Source: Haplodiscus bocki (lineage: Eukaryota). Taken from it: 64,000 nt of DNA. The notes under the pieces are model-generated. The model made no database searches, was not told where the DNA came from, and saw only the letters and a program-made list of their open reading frames with translations. Positions 36,301 to 48,344 of the stretch are shown here, in pieces; position 1 is the stretch's first letter; every line of letters starts with the position of its first letter. A program made the translations under genes and the position numbers. Location of the stretch: contig OZ296649.1 of assembly GCA_965655095.1 (NCBI GenBank), positions 42,284,001 through 42,348,000 on the forward strand. The letters are read 5' to 3'.

Positions 36301-39201
36301 AAAAAAGTCAGGACGGTTCCTGACTTTGCAAATGCTTCATCCACAAAGATTGCCAGGTCTGTTGTGCGACAGGCGACTAAAGTAGTAGGATTTCTCAAAA
36401 ACGTGCGAAAAGTGAGTTTGCGGTAAAATAAGGTGTTTTTTTTGCAAAAATGGTTGGGTGGCAAATTTGATGTGGATTGCCAATCGAATATTGTTTGCCG
36501 AGGTTGTTTTTCACCTAGTTTCTGGATTTTGGGGCAAAAAGATCACAACTTGTAGAGTTGGTGGAATTTGAAAGATTCAGGAAGAAAGCTCAATTTTCGG
36601 AAGGATAAACGATTTAAACCTAAACGATTTCAATTCTTACAAACATTTTTTTTCCCACAAACGTCACTGTTCTTGCGGAGAATCGTTTGTGGAAGGTTTG
36701 TTAAAGCAACTACTTTTTGTCGAGAGAACGCCTCTACTTTCTGAAAATCATCATCAGCAAAGTTTGAAGCCCGAAAAACGTCTCGTGGTAGCCGGTTGTT
36801 TTGTTTAATTTCACAACCAGTTTTCTCGCAGTGAGCCAGTTCTGAGTTTCCCTTGAGTGACTTTCTTTGTTTTCAGCTGTTCCCTTCAGAGCAACAACGC
36901 TTTTATCTTCTGAGAACATAAAAAACTGAAGGTGTTCTGGGACCTTGGTTATGATCAGTAGCATCAAATGCTTTTCGCCGATCAACGAGATGTTCCTGAT
37001 TGTTTTGGTTTTTTGGTTGTGTCATAGTGCCACAAGTTCGACAATAGCATCAAAGTTGCAGTGTTGTTTTTCAAAAAGGCAATTTTTTTGATTTGAGAAA
37101 GATCAAATCTTCCGAAATGCAAGTTTAACCAGTTTTGTAGAACTCTTTCAGAGGAAATGTTCCAAAGAGTGAAGGTAATTTTTGGCCGGTATTTATTTTA
37201 CTGTAGGGCCCTTTTCGAACCGGAAGTACTTCAATTTTCGGAAGAAGTCTGGGAAAAGCTCTGGAAAAAATTGGATAATAGGGCCAGCTAAATATTGAAG
37301 CGACACTACTTGTCCTCTTGAATGACAATAATGCAGTGTAACTCATCATCAGACCGAGATTTGTAGTAAAGGACTTGTAAAAGTTTATCAGATGCTTCCC
37401 TGATGATGGGTGAAATCTAAGGTGATTCCACATTGTTTTCCGAGTCTTTTGTCGAACGAATCAGAGTGTGACCGAAATTTCCGTAAATGGTTAACCCTAT
37501 ATCTTCACAATTCCCAGTAGCAATATTTAACGAATGACTTATCAAAAAGAGGTTGTTCTAGAGATTTTAAAACACTAGAACGAATGGACATTTCAACCAA
37601 TATATTTGATTTCGGGCGTATTTATAACATCGAAGCATAGTCATCGATCAACGCGAGCAATTTACTACGTTTACGTCGCTAATCAAATCTATCAGGACGG
37701 TTCTTGACTTTGGAATTTATTCATCCCTAAAGTATGGCAGGTCTGTCGTGTGACAGGCGACTAAAGGAGTAAAATTTCTCAAATACGTGCGAAAATTGAG
37801 TTTGCGTTAAAATAAGGTGTTTTTCTTCAGATGAAGTTGGGTGGCAAATTTGATGTGGATTGCCACTCGAATATTGTTTCTCATCTGAATTCTGGATTTT
37901 CGGGCAAAAAGATCAAAACTTGTAGAGTTGGGGGAATTAGAAAGATTCAGGAAGACAGCTCAATTTTCGAAAGAATAAATGATTCAAACCTAAACGGTTT
38001 TAACTCTTTAAATCATTTTTTTTTCCCACAAACGTCACTGTTGTTGCGGAGAATCGTTTGTGGAAGGTTTGTTGCAGCAACTACTTTTTGTCGAGGGAAC
38101 GCCTCTTCTTTTTGAAAATCATCATCAGCAAAGTTTGAAGCCTGAAAAACTTTCCGTGGTAGCCGGCTGTCTTGTTTAATTTCACAACCAGTTTTCTTGC
38201 GGTGAGCAACTTTTGAGTTTGCATTGATTGATTTTCTTTGTTTTCAGCTGTTCCCATCAGAGCAGCAACGCTTTTGACTTCTGAGAACATAAACAACTGA
38301 AGGTGTTCTGGGACCTTGGTAAGTAGTTTTTTTGGGTAAGACCTTTCCCTTAGGTTGATCTCTGAGGAACGCCTCACGTTACCGTCATCCAGTCCGATAT
38401 TTCATGATCAGTAGCATCAAATGCTTTTCGCCGATCAAGGAGATGTTCCTGATTGTTTTGGTTTTTTGGTTGTGTCATAGTGCCGTAAGTTGAACAATAG
38501 CATCAAGAATGCAGTGTTGTTTTTCATATAAGCAAGTTTTTAGATTTGAGAAAGATCAAATCTTCCGAAATGTAAGTATAACCAGATTTGTATAACTTTT
38601 TCAAAGGAATTGTTCCAAAGAGTGAAGTTATCTTTTGGCCGGTATTTCTTTTTTACTGTAGAGCCCTTTCTGAACCGAAAGTACTTCAATTTTAGGAAAA
38701 ATTCTGGAAAAATCCCTGGAAAAGATTGAATAATAGGGCCAGCTAAACATTTAATTCATAGTACTTGTCCCCTTGAATTACAATAACGTAGTGTAACTCA
38801 TCTTCAGACCGAGATTTGTAGTAAAGGACTTGTATGATTTTATCAGATGATTTCTTGGAAATGGGTCGAATCTAATGTGATTCCACAAAGTTTTCGGAGT
38901 CTTTTCTCAACCGAATCAGAATGTGACCGATTATCTCGTCAATGGTTGTCCCTATATTTTCAAAGTTCGCAGTAGCACTAATTAACGAATGACTTGTCAA
39001 ATAGAGGGTGTTGTAGAGAACTTGAAGCACCAGATATTATGGACAATTCAACCATATTATTTAATTTTGGGCGTAATTATAACATAGAATCATAGTCATC
39101 GATTCAATCTTGAACGATTTCCTACGTTTATGTTCGCTAATCAAAAATTTCCGGATGCTTCCTGACTTTGGAATTTCTTCATCTCTAAAGTATGGCAGGT
39201 C

Positions 39202-42200
39202 TGTCGTGTGACAGGCAACTAAGATAGTAAGATTTCTCAAATACGTGCGAAACTTGAGTTTGCGTTGAAATAGGGCGCTTTTCTTCAGAAGAGGTTGGGC
39301 GCCAAGTTTGCTGTGGATTGCCTATCGAACATTGTGTCCCGAGATTGTTTTCCATCTGAATTCTGAATTTTTTGGTATGAAGATCAGTACTTGAAGAGTT
39401 GATGGAATTAGAAAAACTCAAGAAGAAAGCTTAATTTTCCAAAGAAAAAACGATTTAAACCTAAAAGGTGTTATTTCTTTAAAACATATTTTTTCACTTA
39501 AACGTCAGTGTTTTTGCGAAGACTCATTTGTGGAAGGTTTATTGAAGCAATTATTTTTGTCCAGGAAACGTTTTTTTTCCAAAAATCATCATCGGCATAA
39601 ATTGCGGGCTCAAAAAGCTTCCCGTGGTAGCCGGCTGTTTTGCTTCATTTCACAACCAGTTTTTTCGCTGTGAGCCAGTTCTGAGTTTCCATTGATTGAG
39701 TTTCTTTGTTTTCAGCCGTTCCCTTCAGAGCAACAATGCTTTTATTATCTGAGAACTTAAACAACTCAAGGTGTTCTGGGACTTTGGGCAAGTAGTCTTT
39801 TTATGGGAAAGAATTTTCCTTCAGTTCGATCTCTCAGAGATGCTTTACGTTGCCGTCATCCAACTCTGATATTTTTGGATCAGTAGCATCAAATGCTTTT
39901 CGCCAATCAAGGAGATATTCCTGACATTTTTGGTCTTTTGGTTAGGTCATCGTGCCGTAAGTTCAACAATACCATCAATAGTGCAGTGTTGTTTTTCAAT
40001 TAAGCAAAATGTTTGCTTTGAGAAAGATCAAACCTTCCGAAACGTAAGTAAAACCAGTTTTGCAAAACTTTTTGAAAGGAAAAGTTCCATAGAGTGAAGG
40101 TGTTTTTTGGCCGGTTTTTTTTTCTTACTGTAGACCTCTTTCTGAACCGGAAGCACTTCAATTTTAGGAAAAAGTCTGGAAAAAGCCCTGGAAAAAGTGA
40201 ATAATAAGGCCAGCTAAATATTGAAGTCACACTACTTGTCCTCTTTAATGATAATAACGTTATGTAACTCATCATCACACCGAGATTTGTAGCAAAGGAC
40301 TTGTTTTAGTTTTTCAGAAGATTGCTTGGAAATGGGTCAAATTTAATGTGATTCCACAGTGTTTTCCGAGTCTTTTCTCAACCGAATCAGAATGTGACGA
40401 ATGTTTCGTCAATGGTTGTCCTTATATCTTCAAAGTTCGCAGTAGCACTAATTAACGAATGATTTATCAAACAGGGGGTTTTGTAGAAAACTGATGGCAC
40501 CAGAACATATGGACATTTCAACGAAATTACTTAAACTTGGGCGTAATTATAACCTAGAAGCATAGTCATAGGGATCAACGGGAACGATTTTCTACGTTTA
40601 CGTTCGCTAATCCAAAATTTCCGCATGCTTCCCGACTTTGCAATATCTTCATCCCTAAAATATGGCACGTCTGTCCTTTGACAGGTGAGTAAAATAGTAA
40701 GACTTCTTCATAAACGTGCCAAAGTTGAGTTTGCGGTAAATAAGTTTTAAATAAGTTGAATCAGAATGTGACCGAAATTTCCGTAAATGGTTAAGACTAT
40801 AACTTCACAAATCGCAGTAGCATTAATTACCGAGTGACTTATCAATTAGAGGGTGTTGTAGAGAACTTGAAGCACTAGAACATCTGGACATTTCAACCAA
40901 TTCACTTGATTTCGGGCGTAATTCTAACATCGAAGCATAGTCATCGACTCAACGGGAGCAATTTACTACGTTTGCGTCGCTAATCAAAACTATCAGGACG
41001 GTTCCTGACTTTGAAGATTGTTCATACCTAAAATATGGCAGGTTTGTCGTGTGACAGGCAACTAAGATAGTAAGATTTCTCAAATACGTGCGAAACTTGA
41101 GTTTGCGTTGAAATAGGGCGCTTTTCTTCAGAAGAGGTTGGGCGCCAAGTTTGCTGTGGATTGCCTATCGAACATTGTGTCCCGAGATTGTTTTCCATCT
41201 GAATTCTGAATTTTTTGGTATGAAGATCAGTACTTGAAGAGTTGATGGAATTAGAAAAACTCAAGAAGAAAGCTTAATTTTCCAAAGAAAAAACGATTTA
41301 AACCTAAAAGGTGTTATTTCTTTAAAACATATTTTTTCACTTAAACGTCAGTGTTTTTGCGAAGACTCATTTGTGGAAGGTTTATTGAAGCAATTATTTT
41401 TGTCCAGGAAACGTTTTTTTTCCAAAAATCATCATCGGCATAAATTGCGGGCTCAAAAAGCTTCCCGTGGTAGCCGGCTGTTTTGCTTCATTTCACAACC
41501 AGTTTTTTCGCTGTGAGCCAGTTCTGAGTTTCCATTGATTGAGTTTCTTTGTTTTCAGCCGTTCCCTTCAGAGCAACAATGCTTTTATTATCTGAGAACT
41601 TAAACAACTCAAGGTGTTCTGGGACTTTGGGCAAGTAGTCTTTTTATGGGAAAGAATTTTCCTTCAGTTCGATCTCTCAGAGATGCTTTACGTTGCCGTC
41701 ATCCAACTCTGATATTTTTGGATCAGTAGCATCAAATGCTTTTCGCCAATCAAGGAGATATTCCTGACATTTTTGGTCTTTTGGTTAGGTCATCGTGCCG
41801 TAAGTTCAACAATACCATCAATAGTGCAGTGTTGTTTTTCAATTAAGCAAAATGTTTGCTTTGAGAAAGATCAAACCTTCCGAAACGTAAGTAAAACCAG
41901 TTTTGCAAAACTTTTTGAAAGGAAAAGTTCCATAGAGTGAAGGTGTTTTTTGGCCGGTTTTTTTTTCTTACTGTAGACCTCTTTCTGAACCGGAAGCACT
42001 TCAATTTTAGGAAAAAGTCTGGAAAAAGCCCTGGAAAAAGTGAATAATAAGGCCAGCTAAATATTGAAGTCACACTACTTGTCCTCTTTAATGATAATAA
42101 CGTTATGTAACTCATCATCACACCGAGATTTGTAGCAAAGGACTTGTTTTAGTTTTTCAGAAGATTGCTTGGAAATGGGTCAAATTTAATGTGATTCCAC

Positions 42201-42902
42201 AGTGTTTTCCGAGTCTTTTCTCAACCGAATCAGAATGTGACGAATGTTTCGTCAATGGTTGTCCTTATATCTTCAAAGTTCGCAGTAGCACTAATTAACG
42301 AATGATTTATCAAACAGGGGGTTTTGTAGAAAACTGATGGCACCAGAACATATGGACATATCAACGAAATTACTTAAACTTGGGCGTAATTATAACCTAG
42401 AAGCATAGTCATAGGGATCAACGGGAACGATTTTCTACGTTTACGTTCGCTAATCCAAAATTTCCGCATGCTTCCCGACTTTGCAATATCTTCATCCCTA
42501 AAATATGGCACGTCTGTCCTTTGACAGGTGAGTAAAATAGTAAGACTTCTTCATAAACGTGCCAAAGTTGAGTTTGCGGTAAATAAGTTTTAAATAAGTT
42601 GAATCAGAATGTGACCGAAATTTCCGTAAATGGTTAAGACTATAACTTCACAAATCGCAGTAGCATTAATTACCGAGTGACTTATCAATTAGAGGGTGTT
42701 GTAGAGAACTTGAAGCACTAGAACATCTGGACATTTCAACCAATTCACTTGATTTCGGGCGTAATTCTAACATCGAAGCATAGTCATCGACTCAACGGGA
42801 GCAATTTACTACGTTTGCGTCGCTAATCAAAACTATCAGGACGGTTCCTGACTTTGAAGATTGTTCATACCTAAAATATGGCAGGTTTGTCGTGTGACAG
42901 GC
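39202..42902 (+). repeat. Near-perfect tandem duplication of a 1,843-bp unit (one monomer plus a ~375-bp partial monomer)
   Basis: ORFs at 39185/41028 and 40000/41843 are offset by exactly 1843, and the same junction lies at 40737 and 42580. I noticed only one mismatch by eye (~40517 vs 42360). Confidence 0.96.
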
Positions 42903-43584
42903 GACTAAAATAGTAAGATTTCTCAAAAACGTGCGAAAATTGAGTTTGCGTTAAAATAAGTTGTTTCTCTTCAGATAAGGTTGGGTGGCAATATTGATGT
43001 GGATTGCCAATCGAATTTTGTTTCCCGACATTGTTTCCCATCTGAATTCCGATTTTTTTGGCAAAAAGATCACTACATTGATAGTTGGTGAAATTAGAAT
43101 GATTCAAGAAGAAAGCTCAAGTTTCCAAAGGAAAAACGATTCAAACCTAAATGGTTTTTTTTCTTTAAAACATATTTTTTCACTTAAAGGTCAGTTTTTT
43201 GGCGAAGATTCATTTGTGGAAGGTTTATTGAAGCAAATATTTTTTTCCAGGAAACGTTTTTTCTTTCCAAAAATCATCATCGGCATAAATTCAGGGCTCA
43301 AAAAGCTTCCCGTGGTAGCCGGCTGTTTTGCTTCATTTCACAACCACCTTTTTCGCTGTGAGCCAGTTCTGAGTTTCCATTGATTGAGGTTCTTTGTTTT
43401 CAGCCGTTCCCTTCAGAGTAACAACGCTTTTATTGTCTGAGAACATAAACAAATCAAGGTGTTCTGGGACTTTGGGTAAGTAGTCTTTTTTTGAGAGAGA
43501 TTTTTCCTTAAGTTCGATCTCTCAGGGATGCTTTACGTTGCCGTCATCCAACTCTGATTTTTTTGGATCAGTAGCATCAAATGC

Positions 43585-46500
43585 TTTTCGCCAATCAAGG
43601 AGATATTCCTGACATTTTTGGTCTTTTGGTTAGGTCATCGTGCCGTAAGTTCAACAATACCATCAATAGTGCAGTGTTGTTTTTCAATTAAGCAAAATGT
43701 TTGCTTTGAGAAAGATCAAACCTTCCGAAACGTAAGTAAAACCAGTTTTGCAAAACTTTTTGAAAGGAAAAGTTCCAAAGAGTGAAGGTGCTTTTTGGCC
43801 GGTATTTTTATTTTCTTACTGTAGACCCCTTTCTGAACCGGAAGCACTTCAATTTTAGGAAAAAGTCCGGAAAAAGCCCTGGAATAACTGAATAATAGGG
43901 CCAGCTAAATATTGAAGTCTAACTACTTGTCCTCTTTAATGATAATAACGTTATGTAACTCATCATCACACCGAGAATTGTAGCAAAGGACTTGTTTAAT
44001 TTTTCAGAAGATTGCTTGGAAATGGGTCAAATTTAATGTGATTCCACAGTGTTTTCCGAGTCTTTTCTCAACCGAATCAGAATGTGACGAATGTTTCGTC
44101 AATGGTTGTCCTTATATCTTCAAAGTTCGCAGTAGCACTAATTAACGAATGATTTATCAAACAGGGGGTTTTGTAGAAAACTGATGGCACCAGAACATAT
44201 GGACATTTCAACGAAATTACTTAAACTCGGGCGTAATTATAACCTAGAAGCATAGTCATCGGATCAGCGGGAACGATTTTCTACGTTTACGTTCGCTAAT
44301 CTAAAATTTCCGCATGCTTCCCGACTTTGCAATATCTTCATCCCTAAAATATGGCACGTCTGTCCTGTGACAGGTGAGTAAAATAGTAGGACTTTTTCAT
44401 ATACGTGCCATAAGCATTTTTTTTTATTTGGGAAAGATCTAATTTTCCGAAAAGTCAGAAGAAGCAGTTTTGTATAAGTTTTTCAAAGGAAATGTTCCAA
44501 AGGGTGAAGGTAATTTTCGGCCGGTATATTTTTTTTACTCCAGAGCCCTTTTCGAACCAGAAGTACTTCAATTTTCGGAAGAAGTCAGGAAAAAACCCCA
44601 GAAAAGATTGATTAAAAAGGCCAAGTATATATTGAAGTCATACTACTTGTCCTCTTGAATGACAAAAACGTAGTATAACTCATCATCAGACCGAGATTTG
44701 TAGTAAAGGTTTTGTAAAATTTTATCAGATGCTTCCCTGATGATGGGTGAAATCTAATGTGTTTCCACATTGTTTTCCGAGTCTTTTCTCAACCGAATCA
44801 GAATGTGACCGAAGTTTTCCTCAATGTTTATCCCTATATCTTCACAGTTCGCACTAGCACTAATTAACGAATGACTTATCAAATAGAGGGTGTTGTAGAG
44901 AACTTGAAGCACTAGAACATATGGACATTTCAACCAATTCATTTGATTTCGGGCGAAATTCTAACATCGAAGCATAGTCATCGAATCAACGGGAGCAATT
45001 TACTACGTTTGCGTCGCTAATCAAAACTATCAGGACGGTTCCTGACTTTGAAGATTGTTCATACCTAAAATATGTCAGGTCTGTCGTGTCACAGGCGACT
45101 AAAAAAGTAAAACTTCTCAAATACGTGCGAAAATTGAGTTTGCGTTAAAATAAATTGTTTTTCTTCAGATAAGGTTGGGTGGCAAATTTGATGTGGATTG
45201 CCAATCGAATATTGTTTCCCGACATTGTTTCCCATCTGAATTTTGGTTTTTCAGGCAAAAAGATCAATACTTGTAGATTTGGTGGAATTAGAAAGATTCA
45301 GGAAGACAGCTCAATTTTCGAAAGAATAAATGATTTAAACCTAAACGGTTTTAACTCTTTAAAACATCTTTTTTCCCACAAACGTCACTGTTGTTGCGGA
45401 GAATCGTTTGTGGAAGGTTTGTTGCAGCACCTACTTTTTGAGGGAACGCTTCTTCTTTCTGAAAATCATCATCAGCAAATTTCGAAGCCTGAAAAACTTT
45501 CCGTGGTAGCCGGCTGTCTTGTTTAATTTCACAACCAGTTTTCTTGCGGTGAGCAACTTTTGAGTTTGCATTGATTGACTTTCTTTGTTTTCAGCTGTTC
45601 CGTTCACAGCAGCAACGCTTTTATCCTCTGCAAACATAAACGACTCAAATTGTTCTGGGGCCTTGGTAAGTAGTTTTTTTTTGGGTGAGACATTTCCCTT
45701 AGGTTGATCTCTGAGGAACGCCTCACGTTACCGTCATCCAATCAGATATTTCATGATCAGTAGCATCAAATGCTTTTCGACAATCAAGGAGATGTTCCTG
45801 ACAAATTTGGTCTTTGGTTGCGTAACCGTGCCGTAAGTTCAACAAAAACATCAACAGTGTATTGTTGTTTTTCAAATAAGCAACTTTTGAGTGGCATATT
45901 TGCTGTGGATTGCCTATCGAATATTGTTCCCTGAGATTGACTTTCATACGAATTCTGAATTTTTTCGAAAGGAAATCACTAGTTGGAAAGTTGGAGGAAC
46001 TAGAAAGTTTCACAAAGAAAGCGCAAGTTTTGAAAGGAAAATGATTTCAATCTCAACGGTTTCCTTTCCTTGAAACATCTTCTTTCCCCACAAACGTCAG
46101 TGTTCTTGCGAAGAAACATTTTTGGAAGGTTTGTTGAAGAAACCACTTCTCGTCGAGGAAACGCTTTTTCTTTCTGAAAAGCATCATCAGCAAATCTGGA
46201 ATGCTGAGAAGTTGCCCGTGGTAGCCGGCTGTCTTGTTAAAATTCACTACCAGTTTCATCGCAGTGAGCCAGTTTTGAGTTGCCACTGAAGGATTTTCTT
46301 TGTTTTCAGCTTTTCCCTTCAGAGCAGCAACGCTTTTATCTTCTGAGAACATAGACAACTCAAGTTGATCTGGGACCTTGGGTAAGTATTCTTTGTTACG
46401 GGAGAGAAAATTCACCTTGGTTGATCTCTCAGGAACGCCTCACGTTGCCGTCATCCAATTCTGATTTTTCTTGATCAGTAGCATCAAAGCCTTTTCGCCA

Positions 46501-48340
46501 ATCAAGAAGATATTCCTGACATTTTTGGTCTTTTGGTTAGGTCATCGTGCCGTAAGTTCAACAATACCATCAATAGTGCAGTGTTGTTTTTCAATTAAGC
46601 AAAATGTTTGCTTTGAGAAAGACCAAACCTTCCGAAACGTAAGTAAAACCAGTTTTGCAAAACTTTTTGAAAGGAAAAGTTCCATAGAGTGAAGGTGTTT
46701 TTTGGCCGGTATTTTTTTTTCTTACTGTAGACCTCTTTCTGAACCGGAAGCACTTCAATTTTAGGAAAAAGTCTGGAAAAAGCCCTGGAAAAACTGAATA
46801 ATAAGGCCAGCTAATTATTGAAGTCACACTACTTGTCCTCTTTAATGATAATAACGTTATGTAACTCATCATCACACCGAGAATTGTAGCAAAGGACTTG
46901 TTTTAGTTTTTCAGAAGATTGCTTGGAAATGGGTCAAATTTAATGTGATTCCACAGTGTTTTCCGAGTCTTTTCTCAACCGAATCAGAATGTGACGAATG
47001 TTTCGTCAATGGTTGTCCTTATATCTTCAAAGTTCGCAGTAGCACTAATTAACGAATGATTTATCAAACAGGGGGTTTTGTAGAAAACTGATGGCACCAG
47101 AACATATGGACATTTCAACGAAATTACTTAAACTCGGGCATAACTATAACCTAGAAGCATAGTCATCGGATCAGCGGGAACAATTTTCTACGTTTACGTT
47201 CGCTAATCCAAAATTTCCGCATGCTTCCCGATTTTGCAATATCTTCTTTGTGAAGGTAATTTTTGGCCGGTATTTATTTTACCGTAGGGCCCTTTTCGAA
47301 CCAGAAGTACTTCAATTTTCGGAAGAAGTCAGGAAAAATCCCCAGAAAAGATTGATTAAAAAGGCCAGCTATATATTGAAGTCATACTACTTGTCCTCTT
47401 GAATGACGAAAACGTAGTATAACTCATCATCAGACCGAGATTTGTAGTAAAGGTTTTGTAAAATTTTATCAGATGCTTCCCTGATGATGGGTGAAATCTA
47501 ATGTGTTTCCACATTGTTTTCCGAGTCTTTTGTCGAACGAATCAGAATGTGACCGAAATTTTCCTCAATGTTTATCCCTATATCTTCACAGTTCGCACTA
47601 GCACTAATTAACGAATGACTTATCAAATAGAGGGTGTTGTAGAGAACTTGAAGCACTAGAACATATGGAAATTTCAACCAATTCATTTGACTTCGGGCAA
47701 AATTCTAACATCGAAGCATAGTCATCGAATCAACGGGAGCAATTTACTACGTTTGCGTCGCTAATCAAAACTATCAGGACGGTTCCTGAGTTTGAAGATT
47801 GTTCATACCTAAAATATGTCAGGTCTGTCGTGTCACAGGCGACTAAAAAAGTAAAACTTCTCAAATACGTGCGAAAATTGAGTTTGCGTTAAAATAAGTT
47901 GTTTTTCTTCAGATAAGGTTGGGTGGCAAATTTGATGTGGATTGCCAATCGAATATTGTTTCCCGACATTGTTTCCCATCTGAATTTTGGTTTTTCAAGC
48001 AAAAAGATCAATACTTGTAGATTTGGTGGAATTAGAAAGATTCAGGAAGAGAGCTCAATTTTCGAAAGAATAAATGATTTAAACCTAAACGGTTTTAACT
48101 CTTTAAAACATCTTTTTTCCCACAAACGTCACTGTTGTTGCGGAGAATCGTTTGTGGAAGGTTTGTTGCAGCACCTACTTTTTGAGGGAACGCTTCTTCT
48201 TTCTGAAAATCATCATCAGCAAATTTCGAAGCCTGAAAAACTTTCCGTGGTAGCCGGCTGTCTTGTTTAATTTCACAACCAGTTTTCTTGCGGTGAGCAA
48301 CTTTTGAGTTTGCATTGATTGACTTTCTTTGTTTTTAGCT
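43585..48340 (+). repeat. Duplicated rearranged segment: 43585-45595 vs 46490-48340 (offset ~2907 before and 2744 after an extra deletion)
   Basis: Landmarks at 44247/47155 (offset 2908). ORFs at 44754/47498 and 45179/47923 (offset 2744). Private ggatcagcgggaac occurs in both copies. Confidence 0.9.
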
Positions 48341-48344
48341 GTTC

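Noticed and set aside
36941-36960. Precise intron loss (the deletion starts at the gg|gtaagt donor-like site)
   Set aside because: The right breakpoint is not preceded by AG, so it does not match a spliced junction.
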